Below are positions 30,048 through 43,749 of a stretch of 64,000 nt of DNA, in pieces. This DNA is from Eledone cirrhosa. Taxonomy: Eukaryota. Numbering within the stretch: the first letter of the stretch is position 1; the number at the start of each line of letters is the position of its first letter. The DNA is taken from positions 29,078,001 to 29,142,000 of the forward strand of contig OZ024749.1 of the NCBI GenBank assembly GCA_964016885.1, in the 5' to 3' direction. Position numbers and translations under genes: made by a program. The notes beneath the pieces are model-generated. The model was not told the origin of the DNA, did not search any database, and saw nothing but the letters and a program-made list of their open reading frames with translations.

Positions 30048-30494
30048 AAGAATAGAGGTGTAACACGAGTTATGATATATTGGTAAAAGAGAAAAGAAAA
30101 TGCTGACAAATTGTTCTCAGTGAAAAATAGTTTAATTAGGAATAAGTAAAAATTAGTAATAGTATTGGTTAGTATTCAGTTTTGGTTTTAAGTTTTACCG
30201 GTTGCGCATTTCTAATGCTTTTCAAAAATAATTTTGAGATAGAGCGCCCGTGGTGTTTGCTCTAATCTGTATATGTATATATATATTTATATCATCTCTA
30301 TTTGTTTTATTATATATATTTCGAAGATGTAAAGTTTTATGTATAACATAAAGCAAAACATGTCCTGTTCAGACAAAATACATAGGGAGATGTATAATTT
30401 TTTCATATGCTGGTAGACAAACGAGCTGGGGAGATCGGTGACCAGCAGGCTGGTTTGTCTACTAGCATAACATGCAATAATTATACATCTCCTA

Positions 30495-30575
30495 TGTATT
30501 TTGTCTGAAGAAGACATGTTTTGCTTTATGTTATACATAAAACTTTACATCTTCGAAATATATATAATAAAATAG
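30495..30575 (+). ncRNA. Hammerhead motif in a fold-back element (arms 30286-30398 / 30479-30592)
   Basis: UAUUUUGU-CUGAAGA(30505)-long stem II-GAAA(30555)-UAUAUA-UA^-AUAAAAUA. Confidence 0.7.
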
Positions 30576-30619
30576 ATAGAGATAATATAAAGTATTTATC
30601 TTTCGTTTATGACTATTAT

Positions 30620-31070
30620 TAGGCGGTGGATTGGCAGAATCGGTACAGCGTCGGACACTCTGTTTCGTGGCATAGAGTTTCGGCCCTTTGCATTCTGAGT
30701 TCGAATCCCACTGAGGTTAACTTTGTCTTTCATCCTTACGGGGTCGATGAAATAAAGGGACCAGTAATGCACTGGGGCTTGATATAATTGACTTTCCCCT
30801 CCCCCAAATTGCTGCCCTTGTGCCTATAGTAGACATCATTATTATAATAATTTACGGTCTCAGTTCAAATCCCGTCGAGGTTAATTTTGCCCTTTCATCC
30901 TTACGGGGTCGATAAAATAAAGTACCAGTAATGCACTGGGTAATTGCTGGCCTTGTGCCAAAAATAGAAACAATTATTATAATAATACTCCGGATTAATT
31001 TATACCCTTGGGTGTTTGGCATCTGTTATACTGGGTAATTGCTGGCCTTGTGCCTAAAATAGAAACAGTT
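30620..31070 (+). mobile_element. Cluster of SINE family A copies
   Basis: One full copy at 30620-30845 plus truncated copies. Confidence 0.8.
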
Positions 31071-31280
31071 ATATATAAGAATCAGTTGATTACAAATCAA
31101 CTAACTCTTTTTTCATTGATTATATATATATATATATTATATAATCTCCTGTGTTGATTTTACTTTCCCATATATATGTGTGTGTGTGTGTGTGCGTGTG
31201 TGTGAGAGAGAGAGAGATAGAACAACGGTGTGTGTGTGTTCATCAGTACTCTACCATCACACTACAGATAAATATATCTA

Positions 31281-31317
<37 letters not shown>

Positions 31318-31563
31318 CACATATAATTCAGCGAGAATCGTATTTCGGCTGGTAGAAAAAGCGAAACGAAACGCAAAATCGTAGAAATGCTGGCAAGCGC
31401 TCAATAGTTAAGAAAACTAGAGCTATATATATATATATTATATATATATATTGTGAATATAGACATAGAATATTCGAAAATATTATTATAAACATACAGA
31501 ATATTTTCGAATATTCTATGTCTATATTCACATATATATCGCTATTTCAGAGCATTTATTCAA

Positions 31564-31597
<34 letters not shown>

Positions 31598-31984
31598 TAT
31601 GTATACATATATATACATATATATATTATATGTATACATATATATACATATATATATATGTATGTGTGCACTCTGCCATCTCTCCACAGATAAACAATAA
31701 ATATGTAAAAAAAATGTTTTACAAAGACGATATACAAGTAAAAAATTTGAAAAAAATGTCCCCATTAGCGGGGAGAACCACCAAGGAGTGACTCAAGTAC
31801 CACCACCATTCCTGAACCACCTGACAGGTGCATGCTGATAATCCGTTCGAAGCAGTCGCACAATCCGACACTTAGACATATTACAGAAGCGAAACATGAA
31901 AAGACATACTAAAGTCAGAAACCGAATCCCCTCCCTCCACACACGCACTTCAACAGAAAGTGTGAAAGAAATAATGAAAAAGTC

Positions 31985-32490
31985 TTACACCACCACTATC
32001 ACCACCATTGCTACCACAGACTCCTCCACCACCACTCTACACATAAACAACCACTCCAAAATGGCCACCATCACCACCACCACCACCACTCTACACATAA
32101 ACAACCACTCCAAAATGGCCACCACTACCATCACCATCACCACCACCACCACCACCACCACCATCACTACTACCACCACTCTACACATAAACAACCACTC
32201 CAAAATGGCCAGCACTACCATCACCATCATCACCACCACCACCACCACCACCATCACTACTACTACCACCACTCTACACACAAACAGCCACTTCAAAATA
32301 GCTACAACCACCATCATCACCACCACCACCCATTACACATAAACAACCACTTCAAAATGGTCGCCACCATCATCACCAGCATCAGCAGCACCACACTACA
32401 TAGACAACCACTCCAAAATGACAACCACCACCACCACCACCACCATTGGTGTAAAACATAAACAACCAATCCAAAATGGCCACCACGATG
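31985..32490. repeat. (CAC)n-based minisatellite with an acataaacaaccactccaaaatggcc module
   Basis: About 6 units. Confidence 0.85.
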
Positions 32491-32599
32491 ACTTTAGCAA
32501 ATCATTTGTAATAATGTGAGGGATATGACAATGGTGAAAAAAGAATAATTTGACGGAAAGGCAACTACGTAACATAATATAATTGTTTTTAACATAATA

Positions 32600-33215
32600 T
32601 AATTGTTTCTACTTTAGGCACAATGCCAGTAATTACCCAGTTCATTACTCGTACTTTATTTTATCGACCCCGTAAGGATGAAAGGCAAAGTCAACCTCGG
32701 CGGGATTTGAACTCAGATCGTAAAGGGACGTAACTATGCTGGAAAGCATGGCGTCCGACCCTCTACCGATACTGCCTATAATGTTATGTTATATATGACA
32801 GTAGAATAATGGTCGGTTGCCATGTTGTAAATGGAGGATGTCTCACATATATATAGAGAGGTGTGGGGGGGTAGGGGGGGTAGAGACAGACAGACAGACA
32901 GACACACAGAAGGAGGCTCAGACACAGACACGCACTATCGCGCGCAAAAAGAGACAGGGAGAGACACACACATTCTCTCTCTTTCATACACACACACGCA
33001 TATATATTTATATATATATATATTAATAATTGTTTCTACTTTAGGCACAAGGCCATCAATCACCCAGTGCATTACTGGTACTTTATTTTATCGACCCCGT
33101 AAGGTATGAAAGCCAAAGTCAACCTCGGCGGGATTTGAACTCAGATCGTAAAGGGACGTAACTATGCTGGAAAGCATGGCGTCCGACCCCTCTACCGATA
33201 CTGCCAATCCACCGC
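32600..33215 (-). mobile_element. Two SINE family A copies (32600-32780, 33028-33215)
   Basis: Reverse-complement core and head. Confidence 0.85.
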
Positions 33216-33268
33216 ATATTAATAATAAATGTGAAGAATAAAATCCGAAGAGGCCTATCTATATATAT

Positions 33269-33394
<126 letters not shown>

Positions 33395-33510
33395 TGTCCG
33401 AGCATGGAACAGGTATAATAGAATATATGTGTGTTGTGTATGTATTATTGTATGTGTGTGTGCAAGAGTATATACGAATATGTATTTTTATGTATGCACA
33501 CACATACACG

Positions 33511-33625
<115 letters not shown>

Positions 33626-33636
33626 TATATATATAT

Positions 33637-33964
33637 GACAGTATTGAAGTTTGCTTGAAGCATTGTGGAACAATAAGTAAATATCTTTAAGTCGTTTGGA
33701 AGCCTCGACAATGCAAATGGGTAAATCTCCGGGTAACAAGGTCCGGTGGTGGAGAGAGAGATGTAAGTGGGCGTACGTTGAGATGCGTGGTGTGTATAAG
33801 ATGTGTGAGATGTGTAGAATGAAGGGCCCTTCATTCTACACATCTCACACATCTTATACACACCACGCATCTCAACGTACACCCACTTACATCTCTCTCC
33901 ACCACCGGACCTTGTTACCCGGAGATTTACCCATTTGCATTGTCGAGGCTTCCAAACGACTTAA

Positions 33965-33970
<6 letters not shown>
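33637..33970 (-). mobile_element. Near-perfect ~290-bp palindrome plus 44-bp tail in (TA)n
   Basis: Arms 33681-33826 and 33827-33970, centre gaaggg|cccttc; a single-arm copy at 56991-57128. Confidence 0.8.
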
Positions 33971-34045
<75 letters not shown>

Positions 34046-34201
34046 AATATATACATATATAGTCCAGAAATAGCCGTCGAAACGGCTTGAGCTCTGCCGT
34101 CGGGGTTAAACTTTTTCCTCTTACCCACTCTACTACCCTAAGTATTGAGTACTCTGGTGCGTTATGGTCCATCTGGTTCCTTACCACACCTCCTTCGTTA
34201 C

Positions 34202-34303
<102 letters not shown>

Positions 34304-34664
34304 ATGTATGTAGGTGTGTGTGTGTATGCGTGTCAGTTAATTTAATTAGATCATATAACAGTTGTTTATAAATTCCTTCCCAATATTTACTGAATATTTT
34401 TAGTGTTGACATTGGAGCACATTGATAGCGTTTCATAACATTTCCACTGCTATCATCATCATCATCACCACCACCACCACCACCACCACTACCACCACCA
34501 CGACTATCATCATCTTCATCATCATCCACGTCATAATTATAAATATCATCATCATCATCACCACAACCACTACCACCACCACTACCATTACTATCACCAT
34601 CTTCATCATCATCATCATCATCATTATAAATAACATTATCAGCATGATCACCACCACCACCACC

Positions 34665-34698
<34 letters not shown>

Positions 34699-34905
34699 TC
34701 ATCAACGTCGCGGTCATCATAATTTATAGATATCAACATCATTATCACCACCACCACTTGGGAGATGGATCAAATCCCACTCATGTGTGGGAGGTGGATC
34801 AAGTACCACCTATGTATGAGAGATGGATCAAGTATCACTCCTGTATGAGAGATGGATCAAGTATCACCCATGTGTGAGAGGGGGCTCAAGTAGCACCCAT
34901 ATGTA

Positions 34906-34940
<35 letters not shown>

Positions 34941-34947
<7 letters not shown>

Positions 34948-35274
34948 AGAAAAAAAGAGAATCAGTGTTGCGACGAAAGGAATTTATTGGACATATTACA
35001 ATTGTTTCTCGGGCGACCAGCTCGAGGCACGATCGATGAGGTGATCAAACCTGACTCTGAAATCGCGCGGTCCTCGGATATGTCAGGTTTGATCACCATA
35101 TCGATCGTGCCTCGAGCTGGTCGCCCGAGAAACAATTGTAATATGTCCAATAAATTCCATTGGTCGCAACACTGATTCTCTTTTTTTCTGTGATATCATA
35201 CTCTGCTCTATGAGGGCATCGAGTGCTCATACGGCCTACCGCATACGGACGCTTTAAGCATCCAACACCAATTA
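34941..35274 (+). mobile_element. Fold-back element with a half-hammerhead (GAAAC AAUU GUA^) and tail
   Basis: Arms 34941-35055 / 35082-35195; tail to 35274; (TA)n flanks. Confidence 0.75.
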
Positions 35275-35488
35275 TATATATATATATTTATTATATATAT
35301 ATATATTTATTATATATATATATATTTATTATATATATATATATTTATTATATATATATATATATATTATATATATATATTTATTATATATATATAATAG
35401 AATAAATATGGTTTTATAAATATGGTTTTATAAATATAGTTTCCATTTATTTAATATCATATACAAACATACATACACACATACCACA

Positions 35489-35606
<118 letters not shown>

Positions 35607-35676
35607 GAGGTTATATTTAATTTGTTGGGATTCAACAAGCTTAAACATTTTTATAACTGATATAAAGCACTGTATT

Positions 35677-35745
35677 GTATTTTATCTGATGAAAGCGCAC
35701 CATAATTTGCCTTGGTGGCCCTTGAAATATGTATAATAAAATAAA
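35677..35745 (+). ncRNA. Hammerhead motif, same family as 11584, 36360 and 59339
   Basis: UAUUUUAU-CUGAUGA(35686)-stem II-GAAA(35724)-UAUGUA-UA^-AUAAAAUA. Confidence 0.65.
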
Positions 35746-36145
35746 TATGGTTTTATAAATATAGTTTCCATTTATTAATACATTGTATATATATATATTT
35801 ATATATCTTCAAGTAAACGACAAACTAGAGATACAAAAATTCTTATTAGTTTCACGTTTTATATTGAAAAGAGAAAAGCAAGTTCGACGTGTCGGACTTC
35901 AGCCCTTCTTCGGGAGTAAAAAGATACAGACAGGATCACAAAGGATAGAGAATTCAAGGTTCAGAGATTGTCTAGACAAATGTATCTACATTTCACTTTC
36001 CATTTCTCCTAATGAAAATTCTGAAAATTTATATATTAACAGAGTTGACTTTAGGTTCTAATAGTGACTATCTATATATATTCATATATATATATATATA
36101 TATACACACTTATAGATATATTTATATTTATATATACATATTTAT

Positions 36146-36207
<62 letters not shown>

Positions 36208-36359
36208 GATATTAACAAATGGAAACTATATTTATAAAACCATATTTATTTCATTATACATATTTCAAGGACACCAAGTTAAATTATGGGAGCTTCCAAC
36301 AGTAATGGTTGCATTTTTTAAGGGTATGTCAATATTTATTTATAAAACTGATCTATATT

Positions 36360-36425
36360 ATATTTTGTCTGATGAAAGCACACCATAATTTAACTTGGTG
36401 TCCTTGAAATATGTATAATGAAATA
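36360..36425 (+). ncRNA. Hammerhead motif in fold-back element 36205-36556
   Basis: CUGAUGA(36369)..GAAA(36406); 36205-36289 is the inverted copy of 36383-36467. Confidence 0.7.
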
Positions 36426-36553
36426 AATATGGTTTTATAAATATAGTTTCCATTTGTTAATATCGTATGTTTACTCCAAATAATTGTTGAGTGCTTTATA
36501 TCAGTTATAAAAATATTTGCTTGTTGTATCCCAACAATTTAAATAGAACTTTT

Positions 36554-36624
<71 letters not shown>

Positions 36625-37021
36625 TATATGTGTGTGTGTATGTATGTATGGATGTACGTATATGTATGTATATGTATAGCTATTTTTTTTTTCAGTCTAC
36701 GGCGGAATAAATAATACATCCATAGGTGTTGACATTTATCACTGGGTGTTAACATACATTTTTCTCGCTGTCTCAGTTGAAAACCTTCAGTGGTTGCGTA
36801 CAAGGATGATTATATAACATATTTCAGCTGCGTAGCCCACGCACGCTCACATATACATATGTATATATATATATATTTCATTATTGGCAACATGACCCTC
36901 CCAAAGTATAACAATATATTTATATACATATGCATATATATATATTTATATATATCATTTATATTGTATTTATATACATATATGCTTGTGTGCGCGCTAA
37001 GCAGCCTAAATGTATTATTAT

Positions 37022-37060
<39 letters not shown>

Positions 37061-37129
37061 AAGGAAAAGCGACACTCGCACACAGAAGTGTGGCCAGTGT
37101 CGTCACTGAAATATATATCACACCATTAT

Positions 37130-37320
37130 TTTGGCAGTATCGGTAGAGGGTCGGACGCCATGCTTTGACGCATAGCATAGAGTTACGGCCCTTGCCATTC
37201 TGAGTTCAAATTCCGCCGAGGTTAACTTTGCCTTTCATCCTTACGGGGTCGATAAAATAAAGTACCAGTAATGCACTGGGTAATTGCTGGCCTTGTGCCT
37301 AAAGTAGAAACAATTATTAT
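37130..37320 (+). mobile_element. SINE family A inserted into the (ATT)n of a PLE-type pseudo-LTR (37056-37440)
   Basis: The flanks join to match 52299-52430 (inverted) and 52520-52631. Confidence 0.8.
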
Positions 37321-37437
37321 TAAAGGATTTGAACATCTGAAACTACTTCGCTTTTCCTTATTCGATATTTACTACGTCACTCCTATGTGGGAAAAGTACG
37401 TTGAGTGCTTGAATTGAATTGCATCAATATTTACCCT

Positions 37438-37505
<68 letters not shown>

Positions 37506-37532
37506 ATAATAAAATATATATAGTAATAATAA

Positions 37533-37574
<42 letters not shown>

Positions 37575-38166
37575 AGAATAATAAATAGAGTAGAGCAAAT
37601 ATTTATTAAAATAACAGATTAAAGTTTAAGCAAAGAATCGCTGCTTTCACCCTTTGTTACATATATATATATATACATACATATATATATATTTATTTAT
37701 ATACGGTGTAGAAATGATTGTGCCAGCGTAAATATGTATATAAATTTCCACATTTTAGTAAATAGACATGTAAACATGTAAGGTATACGTATTTCTTTGT
37801 TAATTGAAACATGATAAATAAATTTAACCTGTTTATACAGGTATGACAGGAGTGGAATAGTTCTGTTAGTCTAATAAAACGCTTGTAAATCAATTAAATG
37901 TTTTGAGATAAAATCCTTGTTAATGTCTCTACTTAATATCTTTAACGATCGACTTTTTTTGTCAAATCGAACCGAGGGAACAATGTTTCCGTTGGTCTTT
38001 CCAATTGCTAATACTATCTATCGGTCGCAACTCCAGGTAGAAGGAGCAACGTGAAATAAAGTGTCTTGCTCAAGGACATAACGCATCGCCTGGTCAAGGA
38101 ATCGAACTCACAACCTTACGATTGCGAATACAATTCTCTAACCACTCAGCCACACGCCTTCACTAC

Positions 38167-38221
<55 letters not shown>

Positions 38222-38546
38222 TTATGTATATATATATATGTAACAAAGAGGGTGCGGTAAGATATCATGTAGCCCATAATGCACCAGAGTACTCAATACT
38301 TAGGGAAGTAGAGTAGGTAATATGAAAAGAGTCAGGACCCCGACGTCTGAGCTCCGGCCGTTTCGACAGCTAGATCCGAACGCATCGCATCTTGCTGCTG
38401 TTGAAACGGCCGGAGCTCAGCCGTCGGGGTCCTCACTCTTTTCCTATATATATATGTGTGTGTATGTGTATGTGTGTGTGTGTGTTTGTGTGTGTGCGAG
38501 CGTGTATGTGTGTGTACATACATAAATATATATATATGCGTAATCG

Positions 38547-38608
<62 letters not shown>

Positions 38609-38784
38609 CGATTACGATATATATATATATATATATTACGATTACGATATATATATATATATACACATACATTTATATATATACATATTTATATATAAAT
38701 ATATATGAGAATATATATGCACATTTATGTATATATATACGTGCATATATATATATATATATATACGTATATATATATATATAC

Positions 38785-38866
<82 letters not shown>

Positions 38867-38961
38867 GTATATATATATATATATATGCACGTATATATAT
38901 ACATAAATGTGCATATATATTCTCATATATATTTATATATAAATATGTATATATATAAATG

Positions 38962-38996
<35 letters not shown>

Positions 38997-39701
38997 TACA
39001 CTATATTCCACCATTAATAAATTATTTAATTGTTCATCAATTATTTAATGGGTTGATTAATTATTTAATTAGTTATTTTATTATTTAAAGGGTTAATGCT
39101 ATCTTTTAAAAAGAGATTACTCATATATTAAAATGGAGTTGTTTTTTAGTTGTACGATTAACCGCATGTTAAGCCTTTCTTTACCATATTCCTAATGAAA
39201 GACATCATTGTATGGATAACTAGATCTTTAAACCTTTCGTTACCATATTTCTAATGAAAGAAATAGATATAAGTATAACTGCATGTTAACCCTTTCGTTA
39301 CATATTTCTAACAGAAGACCAGGTTTTGAAAATAAGTGATTTCTTATTATTAAGTTTTGAACGTAACTTAACAAATGTTACTACATAAACATAAAATGAA
39401 CGTGTTTTAGAAATACATAAACATTTTAACACATTTCTTACCATATTTCTAATGATTTTCAAATAATATATTTCTATGATTTTAAAATAATATTTATTTT
39501 TAAGAATCAAGAATTTCTCGTTATTAAACTGATGCTTGAAACATAACTTAAAGGCTCTTTAAGAAGTTTTAGAAATATATAAATAAAACTTCTATATATA
39601 AATATATAGAAGTTTTTAGAAATATATAAACATTCTAACAAATTTGTTACCATATTTCTAATGAAAGGCACTGCCTGTTATTTTCAAATAATATGTGTGT
39701 G

Positions 39702-39738
<37 letters not shown>

Positions 39739-39853
39739 TGGTAATACTGGTAATAAGGTAGTAATAAATTACTGTCTTTCACTGTTTAGGGTTTAAAATA
39801 TATATAACTATAAACAGTTTTAGTATATACATAACCATAAATAGTATCCTTAA

Positions 39854-39907
<54 letters not shown>

Positions 39908-40001
39908 TTTTAATCATTTTCTAACCCAGAAAAAAGAGAGAGAGAAACAAAAAAGGAAAAAAATATATTTTTCTTCCTAATAATCGTCTCTTTCTCCCTG
40001 C

Positions 40002-40032
<31 letters not shown>

Positions 40033-40237
40033 GGAACAAGTAATACCCCGACGGCTGAGCTCAAGCCGTTTCGACGGCTAATTCTGTACTGTAATTCAGT
40101 ACAGAATTAGCCGTCGAAACGTCTTGAGCTCAGCCGTCGGGGTATTACTTGTTCCTATTACCCACTCTACTACCCTAAGTATTGAGTACTTTGGTGCGTT
40201 ATGGTCCACCCGGTTCCTTACCACATTTCCTTCGTTA
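40033..40237 (+). mobile_element. Fold-back element, family H1
   Basis: ~60-bp inverted arms plus an ~80-bp tail; (TA)n flanks. Confidence 0.8.
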
Positions 40238-40364
40238 TATATATATATATTTAAGAATCAAGAATTTCAAAAAACCTAACAATATAACTAACTTTCTCGT
40301 TATTAAACTGGTGCTTGGAACATAACTTAACAAATGTTCTCAACATACATTATAATGATGGAAG

Positions 40365-40406
<42 letters not shown>

Positions 40407-40937
40407 TTACAAATAAATAGTTATATATCAATAAATAGAATTGCGGTTTGGTATCAGATGTGTAAAATGAAATGCCTGGCATTCATTCACCTTCTGATAA
40501 TATCGCCATGACCAGAGGCAGTTGATGTCAGCAGATGATATACAACGTTGAAGAGCTCTTTCTACCATTATTATATGAAACCAGACACTTGTGCTGGACA
40601 TCAATGTTTTAATAAATAATAACTACATATTAACAATTCTTAAACTATTTGTTATTTCATTAAATAACAAAATCAAAAGAGTTCTGAAATATCTGCGTAT
40701 TTTATGTCCTGTAACTTAGAAGTCCGACGAGTAAATATCGATAAAATAAGTACCAGAAATCAATTACAATGATTTTTTTTCAACATTTTCTTTAATCATT
40801 ATCAAACATATATCCACTTAATTACGGTGACTATGTTCTATCTATCTATCTATCTATCTATCTATCGTTTTTATTGTATGTAAACTTCCCCCTTTGTACT
40901 TGTCCCCTTCTTTTGTGCCCCTGTGGCTAATAAAGAA

Positions 40938-40975
<38 letters not shown>

Positions 40976-41102
40976 TTATCTATATATCTATATATCTATC
41001 TATCTATCGATCGATCTATCTATCTATCTATCCATATGAATGTGGAGTGTATCGGAAACATCTGCGTTTGTAATTCTAATATAATATAATATAATATAAT
41101 AT

Positions 41103-41465
41103 AATTGTTTCTACGTTTGGCACAAGGCCAGCAATTACCCAGTGCATTACTGGTACTTTATTTTATCGACCCCCTAAGGATGAAAGGCAAAGTTAACCTC
41201 GGCGGGATTTGAACTCAGAATGGCAAGGGCCGTAACTCTATGCGTCAAAGCATGGCGTCCGACCCTCTACCGATACTGCCAATATAATTGTTTCTACTTT
41301 TTGGCACAAGGCCAGCAATTATCCCAGTGTATTACTGGTGCTTTATTTTATCGACCCCATAAGGATGAAAGTCAAAGTTAACCTCGGCGGGATTTGAACT
41401 CAGTCCGTAAAGGGACGTAACTGTGCTGCAAAGCATGACGTCCGACCCTCTACCGATACTGCCAA
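41103..41465 (-). mobile_element. Tandem pair of SINE family A copies in (ATATA)n
   Basis: Two near-complete reverse copies. Confidence 0.85.
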
Positions 41466-41697
41466 TATAATATAATATAATATAATATAATATAATATAA
41501 TATAATATAATATAATATAATATAATATAATATAATATAATATAATATAATATAATATAATATATATATATATACACATATACACACATACATATATATT
41601 GATTGCAAGGCAACTGTATGCAATATGTATCACGTACTCATTTGTACTTGGTCCTCGTCTTCTTTTCTGATCATTCACACCCCCACACCCCCACACC

Positions 41698-41729
<32 letters not shown>

Positions 41730-41881
41730 GTTATATATATATATATGCTAACATCTGATGATGTCACACTGGTGCCAGTTACTGATATAACCATTACATA
41801 ATAAATACACACCTTGTCATTGATATACGTATAATGTAATAATTACAATTATCTAAATATAACATGTCTTGACGTAATTTC

Positions 41882-41921
<40 letters not shown>

Positions 41922-42006
41922 AGCGTTAAACATATATTTCTTCATTGTACTGTGTCGTTGGTTAGTTATTTCTTTTTGTTGTTTACGTTTTGCGTATACG
42001 CATGCA

Positions 42007-42096
<90 letters not shown>

Positions 42097-42097
42097 T

Positions 42098-42134
<37 letters not shown>

Positions 42135-42320
42135 GGAATGAGTAGGATCCCGACGGCTGAGCTCAAGCCGTTTCGATGGCTAATTCGAATTAACCGTCGT
42201 AACGGCTTGAGCTCAGCCGTCGGGGTCCTACTCATTCCTATTACCCACTCTACTACCCTAAGTATTGAGTACTTTGGTGCGTTATAGTCCACCTGGTTCC
42301 TTACCACATTTCCTTCGTTA
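42135..42320 (+). mobile_element. Fold-back element, family H1
   Basis: Inverted arms plus the conserved tail. Confidence 0.8.
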
Positions 42321-42614
42321 TATATATATATATATATATATATATTATGTATATATACATATATACATATATACATATGCTTCCCCTCATGTATGTACTT
42401 ACGCACACATTTTTTCACTATACATATGCATTTGTATATACACACATATGTACATTTGTAGGTGCATATACACACATTTATACACATACCATTACTATAT
42501 TTCCTTATTTTATTTTTATATATCTCTTGCATTACTTTTATTTATATATTTTTTTTGTCCGTTAAACTTTTGCCTTTCTTGAGGAGATTTTTCAAATATT
42601 TCACTATGTTTTAA

Positions 42615-42697
42615 ATTGCCTTGTCTGACGAACGAATGAGGACGTTTCTTGTATTCGTCTTATTCGGGAAACCTCTAGTAATGAGGTAATTATATTG
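42615..42697 (+). ncRNA. Hammerhead motif with extended stems II/III and a weak stem I
   Basis: CUGACGA(42625)-ACGAAUGAGGACG...CGUCUUAUUCGG-GAAA(42668)-CCUC UAGUAAU GAGG-UA^. Confidence 0.6.
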
Positions 42698-43075
42698 TAT
42701 TGTTTATTATACATTACATATATACAAATATATATATATATATATATAAAGATATATATATATAAATAAACACGGGTGTGTATGATTGGGTATAGAAGAT
42801 TATATTAATAAAAGGAATTCCAACTTTGTCTGATTTATTCGTTTTATTTACAATCCTTTAAAATTATAATGATATTATAATGTTAAATGTTAACATGCTT
42901 TCGCAATCTTCAGGTTCATATTCTGTGGTGACAGTCAAGTTTGCAATTTTCAACTATATAAAGATATATATATATCATCATCATCATCATCACCGTTTTA
43001 CGCCCGTTCTTCCACGTAAAACGGTTATGATGATGATGATGATGATGATATATATATATATATATATATATACTG

Positions 43076-43745
43076 ATTAATGTTCAGAGCCATCCTCAGC
43101 ATTCTCGTGTAGCACCCATCCACCATCTGAGTGAGTTTCTTGGTCAGTGTCCAAGTCTCAGACCCGTACAGCAGCACAGACTCCACTACAGCAATGAAGA
43201 GGCGGATTTTCAGGTCTTTACGAAGGTCCGACTTCCACACCGATCTCAAGCTGTGGCACGCCGCCCAGGCTTTGCTCTTCCACTCAACCACATCATCTTC
43301 CGTATTCCCAATCTTTGCTCCCAAATACAGGAAGTCATCAACCAATTCTAGCGGCTTCCCGCCTACATTAGTGATCCCCTCTGGCTTCTCAACATTCTCT
43401 ACCAGATATTTTGTTTTAGTCTCATTCATTCTCAGCCCCACACTCAGGATACACTGAGGATGAAAAACTCAGAGGTGTATGGGAGCCTCCCAAAAGTCAG
43501 CTCAAAAGTGACACAGAGGAGACTGAGGTTAGCTGGACATGCTCACCGACATCCAGCGTTGTCATTGCACTCAGTGCTCCTGTGGGAGCCCCTACATGGA
43601 CACACTGGAAGAGGAAGACCAAGGTTAACGTATGTTAATGCCCTAAGGACAGACACTGGTATGTTGGAGGCGCACGACATGGCAGCGATAATGAGGGACA
43701 GAGACCGCTGGAGAGAACTCGTCCATGGATCTCGGGAATTTTACC
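43076..43745. mobile_element. RTE-clade LINE fragment with an internal inversion
   Basis: Minus 43441-43076 encodes ..FLYLG..VESVLLYGSETWTLT..RMLRMALNI; plus 43460-43745 continues MKNSEVYG..RRLRLAGH..GRGRPRLTY..DRDRWR. Confidence 0.85.
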
Positions 43746-43749
43746 CGCC

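Noticed and set aside
40491-40601. 37-codon minus-strand ORF ending at a possible donor (AAG|GTGAAT), considered as ARX exon 1
   Set aside because: The phase does not join in frame to the acceptors upstream of the homeobox exon, and there is no recognisable motif.
41750-41800. CUGAUGA followed by a small hairpin
   Set aside because: GAUA instead of GAAA and no stem I/III; a decayed relic at best. The same applies to the truncated core at 6781-6804.
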